Source of the DNA: Candidatus Poribacteria bacterium
GTDB taxonomy: Bacteria; Poribacteria; WGA-4E; PCPOR2b
Reading direction: 5' to 3'
Assembly (NCBI GenBank): GCA_965208675.1
Contig: OZ242351.1
Location: 2,880,001-2,944,000, forward strand
DNA length: 64,000 nucleotides
This document shows, in pieces, positions 20,509 through 29,995 of the stretch (positions within the stretch are counted from its first letter, which is position 1; every line of letters starts with the position of its first letter). The notes beneath the pieces were generated by a model. That model was not told where the DNA came from and searched no databases. It was given only the letters and a program-made list of their open reading frames with translations. Position numbers and translations under genes: made by a program.

Positions 20509-21042
20509 TCACGTATTTTCCTTTCCATTTCCCTTGTCTAATTCTGAAAACAGATCGCTGTACGATTCGGCAATCAAATCCTCCTTCAAGATTCCGAGCA
20601 AATCTTTTACAAGGTGATGCTCCGTCCACGCCTCCCGTGCCGTCTGATTGCGGATAACCGTCTCCAATTCGACGAACTCACCGAGATTGGCCACCCGATC
20701 TAGGTGAATCCGCGTGTCGCCGTACAGCCACAATTCGCGCCGCTTCTCGACAGTAACCTTCACACCAAGAACTGTTGACATAATCTCCTTGAAAGCGGCT
20801 GGGGTGGGAATATCCCAAATCTGGTAGGTGCTAAAGCGCGATTCCGCGGCGTTTGGGCGTTCGTAGTAGACGAGGTATGCGTAACCGCCATCTAACTCCC
20901 GGAGTTTTACCTTGCCCTTGGACGCGTTGAAATAGGTGTCAATCTGCTCCACGGTCTCGCGGTACTCCGCTTTGATATTAACAAGCTGCTGCCGCACCGA
21001 TTCCAGCGAACTGCATTTGGCTTTAAGCTCTATATTTTTCAT
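20509..21042 (-). CDS. CYTH-domain protein (class IV adenylate cyclase CyaB-like)
   Basis: NIELKA, QIDTYF, KLRE, KRRE, IHLD.V..LGEFVELE, SYSDL. Confidence 0.9.
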   Translation of the reverse strand: MKNIELKAKCSSLESVRQQLVNIKAEYRETVEQIDTYFNASKGKVKLRELDGGYAYLVYYERPNAAESRFSTYQIWDIPTPAAFKEIMSTVLGVKVTVEKRRELWLYGDTRIHLDRVANLGEFVELETVIRNQTAREAWTEHHLVKDLLGILKEDLIAESYSDLFSELDKGNGKENT

Positions 21043-21160
21043 TGAACAAATGGCATGTTTATCTGTATAATTTGTGCTAGTATCTAGCGCGAGTCTATTC
21101 TGCGGTACTTGGAACATCTCGGCATAGCTTCTGGCTGAATTTAACTTTCTGATGAAAAAT

Positions 21161-21186
21161 TGAAACTTGGGCTATGAACTGGTGTA
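21161..21186 (+). promoter_or_regulatory. Candidate ECF (SigW-like) promoter
   Basis: TGAAAC-N16-TGTA just upstream of the ECF sigma gene. Confidence 0.5.
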
Positions 21187-21213
21187 TACATACAATAATC
21201 ACCGGTGGGGGCA

Positions 21214-21837
21214 ATGATAATGTCAGATTTGGACGATGAATTGATGCAACGGTGCCAACAAGGAGACATGGAAGCCTTCGATCTCATTGTGCGCCGAAAC
21301 CGAGCGCCTCTCGTCAATTTCATCGGACGATTCTTGGGCGACCAAAACTCGGCTGAGGATTTGGCGCAAGAGACCTTCATACGTATGTTCAAAGCCGCTA
21401 ACCGCTACAGAACCGGGGCGGCAAAGTTCAGTACGTGGATGTACCATATTGCAGCTAATCTTTGCAAAAATGAGCTCCGCAACCGCGGACGGCGCGGCAA
21501 TTTCTTCATTGATAACTTTAACTCTGAGGAACAACTCGGACAAGATAACAGCGTCGGCGAAGATTTAATTGCAACCGCCCCGGCTCACGCCTCCTTGCAA
21601 CCCGAAAACCAACTAGTACAGAAGGAACGGCAACAAGCGGTACAAAATGCAATCTCCAAGCTGCCGGAACGCTATAGATTACCATTGATACTCCGCGATC
21701 TGCAAGACCGATGTTATGAAGAGATTAGCAAAATTTTGAACTTGCCGCTTGGAACCACGAAATCTCGTATCAATCGAGCACGACTAATGCTAAGAGACAA
21801 ATTAAAAGACTTTGTGGAGGAACCATGGACTGCGTAA
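21214..21837 (+). CDS. ECF RNA polymerase sigma factor (SigW/RpoE-like)
   Basis: AEDLAQETF, FSTWMYHIAANLC, YEEISKILNLPLGTTKSRINRAR. Alternative starts at 21205 or 21220. Confidence 0.95.
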   Translation: MIMSDLDDELMQRCQQGDMEAFDLIVRRNRAPLVNFIGRFLGDQNSAEDLAQETFIRMFKAANRYRTGAAKFSTWMYHIAANLCKNELRNRGRRGNFFIDNFNSEEQLGQDNSVGEDLIATAPAHASLQPENQLVQKERQQAVQNAISKLPERYRLPLILRDLQDRCYEEISKILNLPLGTTKSRINRARLMLRDKLKDFVEEPWTA

Positions 21838-22451
21838 GCGTGGAAGAACAATTCTCCGCCTACCTTGAAGACGAACTTGATTATCAAACAACGAAGGTAT
21901 TTGAGTCGCACCTTGCAAACTGCGGTTCGTGTCAAAACGGATTTACGTTATTCCGCGAATCGGTTAATTTATTGCATCAGATGCCGTCAATCGAACCATC
22001 GCCAAACTTCGATTCGGATTTGCAATCTCGCCTCGCTAATGCGCAAATGGATTCGATTCCTTGGTGGCGTCGTACACTTGCGGCTATACGTTCGCAATCA
22101 GTGTGGGCGTTTAGCGGTGTCGCTTTGGGGATTGGAGTATGCGCCATAGCAGGCATTTATCTTTACCAAAACGCATACGTCGGAAACGAAACTATTTCAG
22201 TCGTAAGCACCGAGAATACACCTAATGTCAGACGTTACGACGTGTTGCCGCCGCCAAGAATTCGTGTTGATGATTCATGGCTAGGCAGAACATCACCTTT
22301 AGTTCCTGATTTTGAAAGGCAACGCCTCGTTGAGTTTCCTGCATTTGAGGGGCCAGTTTTTCCCAAAGCAATTCAACCGCAGCGTGTCGAGCGAAATTAC
22401 ATCTTGCAGACGGTCACCTACACAGACGCCCCGACAAGGGGAGGATGGTAG
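21825..22451 (+). CDS. Zinc-finger (zf-HC2) transmembrane anti-sigma factor
   Basis: MDC...FSAYLEDEL...HLANCGSC (HxxxCxxC) then one TM helix; overlaps the sigma stop. Confidence 0.9.
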   Translation: MDCVSVEEQFSAYLEDELDYQTTKVFESHLANCGSCQNGFTLFRESVNLLHQMPSIEPSPNFDSDLQSRLANAQMDSIPWWRRTLAAIRSQSVWAFSGVALGIGVCAIAGIYLYQNAYVGNETISVVSTENTPNVRRYDVLPPPRIRVDDSWLGRTSPLVPDFERQRLVEFPAFEGPVFPKAIQPQRVERNYILQTVTYTDAPTRGGW

Positions 22452-22480
22452 GTTAATGAATGGGCACAGGACAGCATAAA

Positions 22481-23605
22481 ATGAAGCACAAATCATTGTC
22501 AATTCCTTCCAGCATTGTTCTATTCGCGATGGTGGCTTCCTTCGCGTTCGCGGAAAAGAATGTCCTGAAATCAATGGAACGCGAGTTTCAAGCAATTGTT
22601 CAGTCTGTGAAGCCCGCTGTGGTTGAGGTAGTTGCATCATTCACAGTACCTGAACAGCAAGCGGACGCTGGATTTTCTCCTTTGGATACCGACGTATCGC
22701 GCCCCTTCGCCGAGGATAGTCAGAAGACGGTTCATTTTCAAAATATCGGATCGGGTACACTTATTGATTCAGAGGGCTATATTGTGACGACCCGCGCTGT
22801 TGTTGACGGCGCCGATGAAATCGAGGTCGTATTCGGCAACGGACAGCGCAGTTCCGCTGAACTCGCAGGCATCGATCGCTTGACGGATATTGCCGTGCTG
22901 GCATTGAAGGAAGATTTTTCATTACAAACAAAAATTGGGGATTCAGATCAGGTTCACACAGGAGCTTGGGTGATTACCGTTGGCAGTTCCTTTGGACACG
23001 CGCCAACACTTTCTTTTGGTATTGTTAGCGGTTCAGAAACATTACCGAATCTGCCCTATGACGCCATCAAAGTGAATGTCGCAGTGAATCCCGGAAATAG
23101 TGGCGGGGCAGTCGTTAATACTTCTGGAGAGATTATTGGTATAATTACTGCAGCGCTGGCTGAACCTTATTTCACATCACTGCCTAATACCCCGTCAAGC
23201 CCCAAGTTGCCCGGAGATCATCATGCCGTGTCGCGCGTCCGACCCTCCGAAGGAAACGTCTGGCTGGACAGCGAAATTGGTTTCGCCATTCCGATTAAGA
23301 CCGTTAAAACCGTTGCAGAACAACTTATCCGAGATGGAAAGGTACGCCGCGGGTGGCTGGGAGTCGAAATTCTTCAGGACGACTTAGGTGTCCGAATCAA
23401 TAAAGTATTGGAAGATACGCCAGCGCAAAACGCCGGCCTCGTCGCTCAGGACGTCATTACTGAATTCAATGGCGCACCCATTCATACACGTTGGGAATTA
23501 CAAAAACTTGTTGCAAACTCCAACCCCAATACGCCGGTTACGATTAAAATTCGAAGGGACAAAAAAACACTTAAACGCCGTGTTATACTCGGTGAAAGAG
23601 AATAA
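22481..23605 (+). CDS. HtrA/DegS-like trypsin + PDZ protein, catalytic His apparently substituted
   Basis: Signal peptide, GSG, TDIAV, NPGNSGG, GWLGV PDZ; YIVTTRAVV instead of TNxHVV. Confidence 0.85.
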   Translation: MKHKSLSIPSSIVLFAMVASFAFAEKNVLKSMEREFQAIVQSVKPAVVEVVASFTVPEQQADAGFSPLDTDVSRPFAEDSQKTVHFQNIGSGTLIDSEGYIVTTRAVVDGADEIEVVFGNGQRSSAELAGIDRLTDIAVLALKEDFSLQTKIGDSDQVHTGAWVITVGSSFGHAPTLSFGIVSGSETLPNLPYDAIKVNVAVNPGNSGGAVVNTSGEIIGIITAALAEPYFTSLPNTPSSPKLPGDHHAVSRVRPSEGNVWLDSEIGFAIPIKTVKTVAEQLIRDGKVRRGWLGVEILQDDLGVRINKVLEDTPAQNAGLVAQDVITEFNGAPIHTRWELQKLVANSNPNTPVTIKIRRDKKTLKRRVILGERE

Positions 23606-23796
23606 CCTCCCCTTTTTTCAATTCCATTCAGCGGTTTTTCCCTTCCGTTATCTCCATAATTCGCCGATTTATCCTCACCCCCTTGTTTCCTACGCTTCTT
23701 GGTTCTACCCGCATTCCGTACACCACATGAAGTTAAGGACCAATGGTGCTAGTTTCCCAACCGCGCTTTGTCATTTAGGTGAAGCCGTGCGTTACC

Positions 23797-23960
23797 GTAA
23801 GGGCGGTGTCCGCCCGCCCCTTTACCAACCGCGGACAGGGTACGTCTAACTATTCAGATTTGATAGCTGCCTTTTCTCTGTGGGCGCGTCCTCCCGGACG
23901 CGACATGCCCGAACATCAATGCAAGCCAGTTCAACAAAAAAATCATCCCAATACCTCAAC
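23797..23960. repeat. ~165-bp dispersed repeat (core ctctgtgggagcgtcctcccggacgcga)
   Basis: Aligns by eye with 29713-29874 and partly with 34904-34988. Confidence 0.75.
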
Positions 23961-24064
23961 ACTCCCAAAATTCGACACATGGTATAGCTATTTCCGCACT
24001 CGCCTTCAAACCTGTGATTAAGCCCGTCTAGTAGCGCTAGTCAGTCGCCGAGGAAGAAAAAAAC

Positions 24065-24093
24065 TTTACAATTACCCGCATCAAGTGTATACT
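24065..24093 (+). promoter_or_regulatory. Sigma70-type promoter for the aroK operon
   Basis: TTTACA-N17-TATACT upstream of aroK. Confidence 0.6.
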
Positions 24094-24121
24094 TATACCT
24101 TCGCGAAGGAGGGGGGCATGG

Positions 24122-24640
24122 GTGCCAAACATTGTCTTGGTCGGCTTTATGGGAACGGGGAAAACGTCGGTAGGGCGGAGGATTTCCAAGCAATTAAAGA
24201 TGCCGTTAATTGATACAGACAGCGTTATCGAACAAGACAGCGGCATGGTCATCTCGGACATCTTCGCGAGGCATAACGAATCCTACTTCCGCGATTTGGA
24301 GAGCGCGGCTGCTTGCAAGGTATCCGGGTTGGACAACCATGTAATCGCAACGGGCGGGGGCATTGTTCTTCGGGAATCTAATCTGAAATTGCTAAAGCAA
24401 AATGGGATTGTCTTTTGTCTAACGGCGCCTCCGGAGACAATCTGGAGGCGGGTGCGGCGCTCAACCCACCGTCCGTTGATTCAGACCTCCCAGTCGATGG
24501 ACGAAATCCGGCGAATGCTTGCTGTTCGCGCCCCGTACTACGCTCGTGCCGACTACGATATCCAAACGTCCGGTTTATCAGTTTACCAAGTTGCAAATAG
24601 AATCGTAGAGATATTCCAGCATGCCGACCATCCACGTTGA
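24122..24640 (+). CDS. aroK: Shikimate kinase
   Basis: GFMGTGKT Walker A, DTD, FRDLE, ATGGG, RPL. Confidence 0.95.
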   Translation: MPNIVLVGFMGTGKTSVGRRISKQLKMPLIDTDSVIEQDSGMVISDIFARHNESYFRDLESAAACKVSGLDNHVIATGGGIVLRESNLKLLKQNGIVFCLTAPPETIWRRVRRSTHRPLIQTSQSMDEIRRMLAVRAPYYARADYDIQTSGLSVYQVANRIVEIFQHADHPR

Positions 24641-25706
24641 GCTTGATGAGAATAGCTATCCAATCTTTATTGAACACGGGCATCTCGGTCAGATAGGAGA
24701 ACTGCTTAAACCCAAGGCGAAATCACCAAAGGCGATCGTTGTTGCGGATGCTGTTGTAAGCAAACACTACAGCGAAACGGTTTCCCAGAGTCTGTCAAAC
24801 GCTGGTTTTGACTATCAGATTGTTGAAGTCCCATCCGGCGAGGAATACAAATCCTTAACGGAATTTGCCAGGCTGCACAGTGAGTTGATTAGTCACCGCA
24901 TGAATCGCGCTTCTACGTTGCTCGCGGTCGGCGGAGGCGCGGTCGGCGATCTCGCGGGTTTCGTCGCCGCGACGTATATGCGCGGCATCGCATGGGTACA
25001 GGTGCCGACGACGTTGCTAGCCCACGTGGATGCGAGTGTCGGTGGTAAAACGGCAGTAAATCACCCGAAGGGCAAAAATCTTATTGGCGCCTTTCATCAA
25101 CCCAAATTCGTCCTCATTGATGTAAAGACGCTGGAGACATTGCCGGCACGTGAAATCCGATCCGGACTTGTTGAGATCATTAAGTACGGAATGATTATGG
25201 ACACGCCGCTATTTGATCAGATTGAGGACAACCTGGATGCTATTCTTGATTTAAATGAATCCATCCTTATTGACATAATCGCTCGCTCTTGTAAGGTTAA
25301 GGCTTACGTTGTGGAAAAGGATGAGAAAGAGAGCGGACTGAGAGAAATTCTGAACTACGGACACACTTTTGGCCATGCACTTGAAGCATTGACGGATTAC
25401 GATACCTACCGCCACGGTGAAGCCATAGCAATTGGCATGAACTGCGCCGCCCGGCTCGCGGTGAATTTAGGTATATTGGACTCAACGGATTGGGAGCGCC
25501 AGAGTAATCTCTTGCAGCGTGCAGGGTTGCCGGTGAAATTTGAATCGGGAATTGACCCTGGCAAATTTCTTGAAAAGATGTACCTTGATAAGAAAGCGAA
25601 GGGCGGGAATCTGCGGCTCATCCTGCCAACGCGAATAGGCGAAGTGATCGTACGCGGCGATATTGATGACGCCGCAATCAGCACCGCAATTTCGCAATGT
25701 ACCTGA
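24621..25706 (+). CDS. aroB: 3-dehydroquinate synthase
   Basis: GGGAVGDLAGF, PTTLLA.VDASVGGK, LNYGHTFGHA. Confidence 0.97.
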   Translation: MPTIHVELDENSYPIFIEHGHLGQIGELLKPKAKSPKAIVVADAVVSKHYSETVSQSLSNAGFDYQIVEVPSGEEYKSLTEFARLHSELISHRMNRASTLLAVGGGAVGDLAGFVAATYMRGIAWVQVPTTLLAHVDASVGGKTAVNHPKGKNLIGAFHQPKFVLIDVKTLETLPAREIRSGLVEIIKYGMIMDTPLFDQIEDNLDAILDLNESILIDIIARSCKVKAYVVEKDEKESGLREILNYGHTFGHALEALTDYDTYRHGEAIAIGMNCAARLAVNLGILDSTDWERQSNLLQRAGLPVKFESGIDPGKFLEKMYLDKKAKGGNLRLILPTRIGEVIVRGDIDDAAISTAISQCT

Positions 25707-25867
25707 GAATCATCATTCCTGAGGCGCCGAACAATAGTAGAATCCAAGGACATGATAACAAACGGCGCTATTCCGTTAAACACGCCAGCACCAGGCAAAA
25801 GAACCCCGCGGAAAAGGCGAGAACAATGAATTGCCACCGCTAGAATAGGATTAAACGGAGTAACAGC

Positions 25868-26317
25868 ATGAAGGTTCTACTAATTCACGGACCAAATCTT
25901 CATCTCCTTGGTAGACGCCAGCCCGAGGTTTACGGCACTCAAACTTTGACGGACATCAACACGCACCTGCTCGAAATTGCCTCGCAGCGGAATGTTGAAC
26001 TCAAAATCTTTCAATCAAACCACGAAGGCGAGATTGTCTCCGTCATCGGGGACAATATTGATTGGGCGGACGGGGTCCTAATTAATCCTGCAAGCTACAC
26101 GCACACAAGCGTCGCCATCCGGGACGCATTGTCGGCTGTTAACCTCCCTGTAATTGAAATTCATCTTTCCAATATCTACGCTCGCGAGCCGTTCCGCCAC
26201 CGTTCTTACATAAACCCCGTCGCTGTCGGTGTGATTGGCGGTTTTGGCGCCTATAGTTACGTTCTTGCGCTGGATGCCATTATCCACATCTTGCAGGAAT
26301 CGCAACACGTTCACTGA
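25868..26317 (+). CDS. aroQ: Type II 3-dehydroquinate dehydratase
   Basis: HGPNL.LLG.R.P..YG, QSNHEG, INPA..THTS, EIHLSN. Confidence 0.97.
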   Translation: MKVLLIHGPNLHLLGRRQPEVYGTQTLTDINTHLLEIASQRNVELKIFQSNHEGEIVSVIGDNIDWADGVLINPASYTHTSVAIRDALSAVNLPVIEIHLSNIYAREPFRHRSYINPVAVGVIGGFGAYSYVLALDAIIHILQESQHVH

Positions 26318-26405
26318 TTAGGAATGAATTGGGAAAAATCGATTTAGCCCAAAGCGAGTTTAGAAAAGAAACGCTCAGATTCTTCATTCGAACGAAGGGG
26401 TAATT

Positions 26406-26963
26406 ATGGCAGCACTCAATGACTTACGAAACGGCCTCGTTATTAGGCTGGATAATATCATCTACACTATCGTGGATTGCCAACACGTAAAGCCGGGAAA
26501 GGGCAACGCATTCGCTCGGACCAAGCTCAAACGGATTGCCGATGGTGCGGTCATCGATCGGACCTTTCGCGCAAGCGATTCGGTCGAAACCGTCCGCCTC
26601 GAAGAGCGCGAAATGCAATATATGTACAGAGATGGTAATCTACTGTATTTTATGGATAACGAAACTTTCGATCAATACTCATTGTCGGAAGATTTTGTTG
26701 GAGATGGAATAAAATTTCTCAAAGAAGGCGAAACCGTCAAAATCAAAATTGATGGGAACACACCGATGACCGTCGAATTGCCAACTTTTGTTGAACTAGC
26801 CATCGTTGAAACCGACCCGGGTTTGCGCGGTGACACGGCTAGCGGTGGATCAAAACCCGCAAAGCTGGAAACCGACGGGGTTGTTCAGGTACCATTGTTT
26901 GTTAAAGAGGGGACAACAATCAAAGTTGATACTCGCACGGGAACATATGTAGAAAGGGTTTAA
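26406..26963 (+). CDS. efp: Elongation factor P
   Basis: HVKPGKG, PGLRGDT, VPLF, VDTR.G.Y. Confidence 0.97.
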   Translation: MAALNDLRNGLVIRLDNIIYTIVDCQHVKPGKGNAFARTKLKRIADGAVIDRTFRASDSVETVRLEEREMQYMYRDGNLLYFMDNETFDQYSLSEDFVGDGIKFLKEGETVKIKIDGNTPMTVELPTFVELAIVETDPGLRGDTASGGSKPAKLETDGVVQVPLFVKEGTTIKVDTRTGTYVERV

Positions 26964-26966
26964 TTC

Positions 26967-27446
26967 ATGCCTGAAGATAAATCGACAACGGCCATAGAAT
27001 TGCTTGAGCAGATCTGCGATTTAATGGAAAGTCGGGATTTGGCAGAAGTGTACCTGCACGAAGGGGATATTACCCTTAAAATCCGACGGGGAGGTGAGCC
27101 GGTCGGGTCTGCCTTGCCCGTTCCAACTCGTGATGCCGCGTCGCTGTCGTCAACCGCGCAAATTGAATCCCCCGATACGACGTCCGCGGAAGCACCTGAT
27201 GATGCAGGTGAAACCATTAAAGCACCAATGCCCGGCATGTTTTATCGTGCCTCTTCTCCGGAAGAACCAGCATTTGTTGAAACTGGCGCAGTCGTATCTG
27301 AAGAAGACACCGTGTGTCTGATTGAAGCCATGAAAATTTTCAATGAAGTCAAAGCGGAATTCCCGTGTGAAATTGTTGAAATCCTTGTTGAAAACGGCGC
27401 ACCTGTTGAATTCGATCAGCCGTTGTTCCGTATTGAAAAAAGATAA
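26967..27446 (+). CDS. accB: Acetyl-CoA carboxylase biotin carboxyl carrier protein
   Basis: [17 protein letters not shown] biotin site, VEFDQPLF. Confidence 0.97.
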   Translation: MPEDKSTTAIELLEQICDLMESRDLAEVYLHEGDITLKIRRGGEPVGSALPVPTRDAASLSSTAQIESPDTTSAEAPDDAGETIKAPMPGMFYRASSPEEPAFVETGAVVSEEDTVCLIEAMKIFNEVKAEFPCEIVEILVENGAPVEFDQPLFRIEKR

Positions 27447-27457
27447 AATTCAAAATC

Positions 27458-28831
27458 ATGTTTAAAAAAATCTTAATCGCAAACCGCGGCGAAATTGCCG
27501 TCCGCATCATTCGCGCTTGTCGAGACATGGGCATTAAAACCGTTGCCGTACATTCAGTAGCCGACCGGGACGGTCTAAATGTAAAGCTCGCCGACGAGTC
27601 CGCTTGCATCGGTCCGCCCGCACCGGCGGAGAGCTATCTCAAGCACGCAAACATCATTACGGTAGCGGAATTAACCAATGCAGATGCCATACACCCCGGC
27701 GCCGGGTTTTTGGCAGAGGATGCGGAGTTCGCCGAAATCTGCGCCGCCCACAAGATTACCTTCATTGGCCCATCAGTCGAAAATTTGAGAACAATGGGCG
27801 ACAAAGCAGAAGCGCGAGAAACCATGGCGAAAGCCGGGTTACGATTGGTGCCGGGCAGTCGGAGTAGTCGTCACGGACTGCGGAGAAGCTTAAAAAAGGG
27901 AGTGGTTGAAAGCGCAGAGGAAGCCGTCCGACTCGCAGATAAGATCGGCTACCCCGTCGGCGTTAAAGCTGTCGCGGGCGGAGGCGGGCGCGGCATCAGG
28001 ATTGCCCACAACAGTATGAGTCTCTTGAACCTCTTCCACACCGCAAAAACTGAGGCGAAGGCGTCGTTCGGCAATGCAGAGGTATACATTGAAAAGTGGA
28101 TCCAAAACGCTCGGCACATTGAAATTCAAATCCTGGCTGACAACCACGGAAACGTCATCCACCTTGGTGAACGCGCCTGCTCGATTCAGCGCAAACGCCA
28201 GAAACTGCTCGAAGAAGCGCCTGCGCCTTCACTTAACCCGAAGATTCGCAGCGAGATTGGAAGGGCAGCCGTTAAAGCAGCAAAGTCAATCGGCTATTCA
28301 AACGCAGGAACAATCGAGTTTGTCGTCGATGCAGAAGACAACTTCTATTTCCTTGAGATGAATACGCGGATACAGGTTGAACACACGGTAACGGAAATGA
28401 TTACCGGAATAGATCTGGTAAAGGATCAGATTCGTTTGGCTATGGGAGAAGAACTCGATTACAACCAAGCGGATATTAAAATGAACGGACATGCAATTGA
28501 GTGCCGAATCAACGCTGAAGACCCCGAAAATGATTTCCGTCCTTCTCCGGGCTTAGTTGAAGCATATATGCCCCCGGGCGGAATCGGCATACGCGTGGAT
28601 GGCTACATTTATCCCGGCTATGTTAAATCACCTTACTACGATTCGTTGGTTGCTAAACTCATTGTGCATGGGGGTGACAGAGACGAAGCAATTGCAAGGA
28701 CGAAGCGGGCTTTGGGAGAGTTTGATATTGAAGGAATCAAGACTACCTTGCCGCTGCATGCCAAAATCCTAAATGATGAGCGTTTTTTAAATGGTAATGT
28801 CTACACGAACTTTTTAGAATCGAATTCGTAA
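27458..28831 (+). CDS. accC: Biotin carboxylase
   Basis: [39 protein letters not shown]. Confidence 0.97.
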   Translation: MFKKILIANRGEIAVRIIRACRDMGIKTVAVHSVADRDGLNVKLADESACIGPPAPAESYLKHANIITVAELTNADAIHPGAGFLAEDAEFAEICAAHKITFIGPSVENLRTMGDKAEARETMAKAGLRLVPGSRSSRHGLRRSLKKGVVESAEEAVRLADKIGYPVGVKAVAGGGGRGIRIAHNSMSLLNLFHTAKTEAKASFGNAEVYIEKWIQNARHIEIQILADNHGNVIHLGERACSIQRKRQKLLEEAPAPSLNPKIRSEIGRAAVKAAKSIGYSNAGTIEFVVDAEDNFYFLEMNTRIQVEHTVTEMITGIDLVKDQIRLAMGEELDYNQADIKMNGHAIECRINAEDPENDFRPSPGLVEAYMPPGGIGIRVDGYIYPGYVKSPYYDSLVAKLIVHGGDRDEAIARTKRALGEFDIEGIKTTLPLHAKILNDERFLNGNVYTNFLESNS

Positions 28832-28894
28832 CATCTGTAACGAATTGCTCGTAGACGAACAAATGCGTTTCACTGTCCATGTCCCAGTCCGAGA

Positions 28895-29608
28895 ATGCCC
28901 GCTTCCATTCATGTAATCTTCACACCCAATCTTCTACCGATTTCACCTCCCACCGGCAAAACTGTCGTCGTCGCGGATATTTTGCGTGCCACAACCACCA
29001 TCACGTTTGCCATAGCAAATGGTGCGCTCAGTATCACGCCCGTTTTAACGCCGGATGACGCCTTTGAGTTTGCCGCGAATCGGCCGAATACCATAATTTG
29101 CGGAGAGCGCCGCGGCAAAAAGGTAAACGGTTTCCATCTTGGAAATTCGCCGTGCGAGTATACCAAAACCGCCGTATCGGGCAAACAAGTCGTTTTGACA
29201 ACAACAAACGGCACGCGCACCTTATGGGCGTGTCGTTCCGCTAAGCAGGTGCTCGTTGGCTGTTTTCTCAATCTTCACGCTATCATAAACTCGCTTATGC
29301 AAGTCGAAGGTGAGGTTGTCATAGTGTGCGCTGGACGAGAGGGCAGTTACTGCATGGAGGATACCGCCTTCGCAGGCGCATGTGTAGCCTCGTTGAATAC
29401 GGAGCATCTAACCGATGCCGCTGACGCAGCGAAAATACTTTATCGTGCGCATCGCCATAATCTGCACGGCATGTTGAAAGACTGCTATCACGGTCGAAAC
29501 CTTGCTGAGATTGGATTGGCGGACGATCTCGAATTTTGCGCTCAGCTTAATCTTGTTGATGTCGTGCCGATTCAGGTCGACGGACAAATCGTACCGTCGC
29601 ATTTTTAA
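28895..29608 (+). CDS. comB: 2-phosphosulfolactate phosphatase family protein
   Basis: DILRATTT, GER, GNSP, TTTNGT, ED...AG. Confidence 0.9.
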   Translation: MPASIHVIFTPNLLPISPPTGKTVVVADILRATTTITFAIANGALSITPVLTPDDAFEFAANRPNTIICGERRGKKVNGFHLGNSPCEYTKTAVSGKQVVLTTTNGTRTLWACRSAKQVLVGCFLNLHAIINSLMQVEGEVVIVCAGREGSYCMEDTAFAGACVASLNTEHLTDAADAAKILYRAHRHNLHGMLKDCYHGRNLAEIGLADDLEFCAQLNLVDVVPIQVDGQIVPSHF

Positions 29609-29712
29609 TTGTGTCGGTTCGCATTAATTTACCCATTAAACATCAATAGCCCCAAAGGAAATCTTCAATCTCAAAAAGGCGCTTTGACATTTTTGTGATG
29701 TCGTCCGTAAAC

Positions 29713-29874
29713 GTAGGGGCGGGGTCCCCCTCATTGAACAACCGCGGGCAGGGAACGCCTAATCATTACAGATTTGATATCTTCCTCATCTCTGTGGGAG
29801 CGACCTCCCGGACGCGATAATCCCCGAATGTCAATGCAAGCCAATTCAACAAAAAACATACCAACACGCCAACC
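29713..29874. repeat. ~165-bp dispersed repeat, second copy
   Basis: Homologous to 23797-23960. Confidence 0.75.
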
Positions 29875-29995
29875 CGAAGCACCAGTGTGGGATCAAGCGA
29901 GTGATTAGCGAGCGCGATAGCGATTCTCAGGTGTACAGAATACTCATTGATGCAACCTAGGTAGAAAGTCCCCAACACCCAAAATGGAGAGATAT

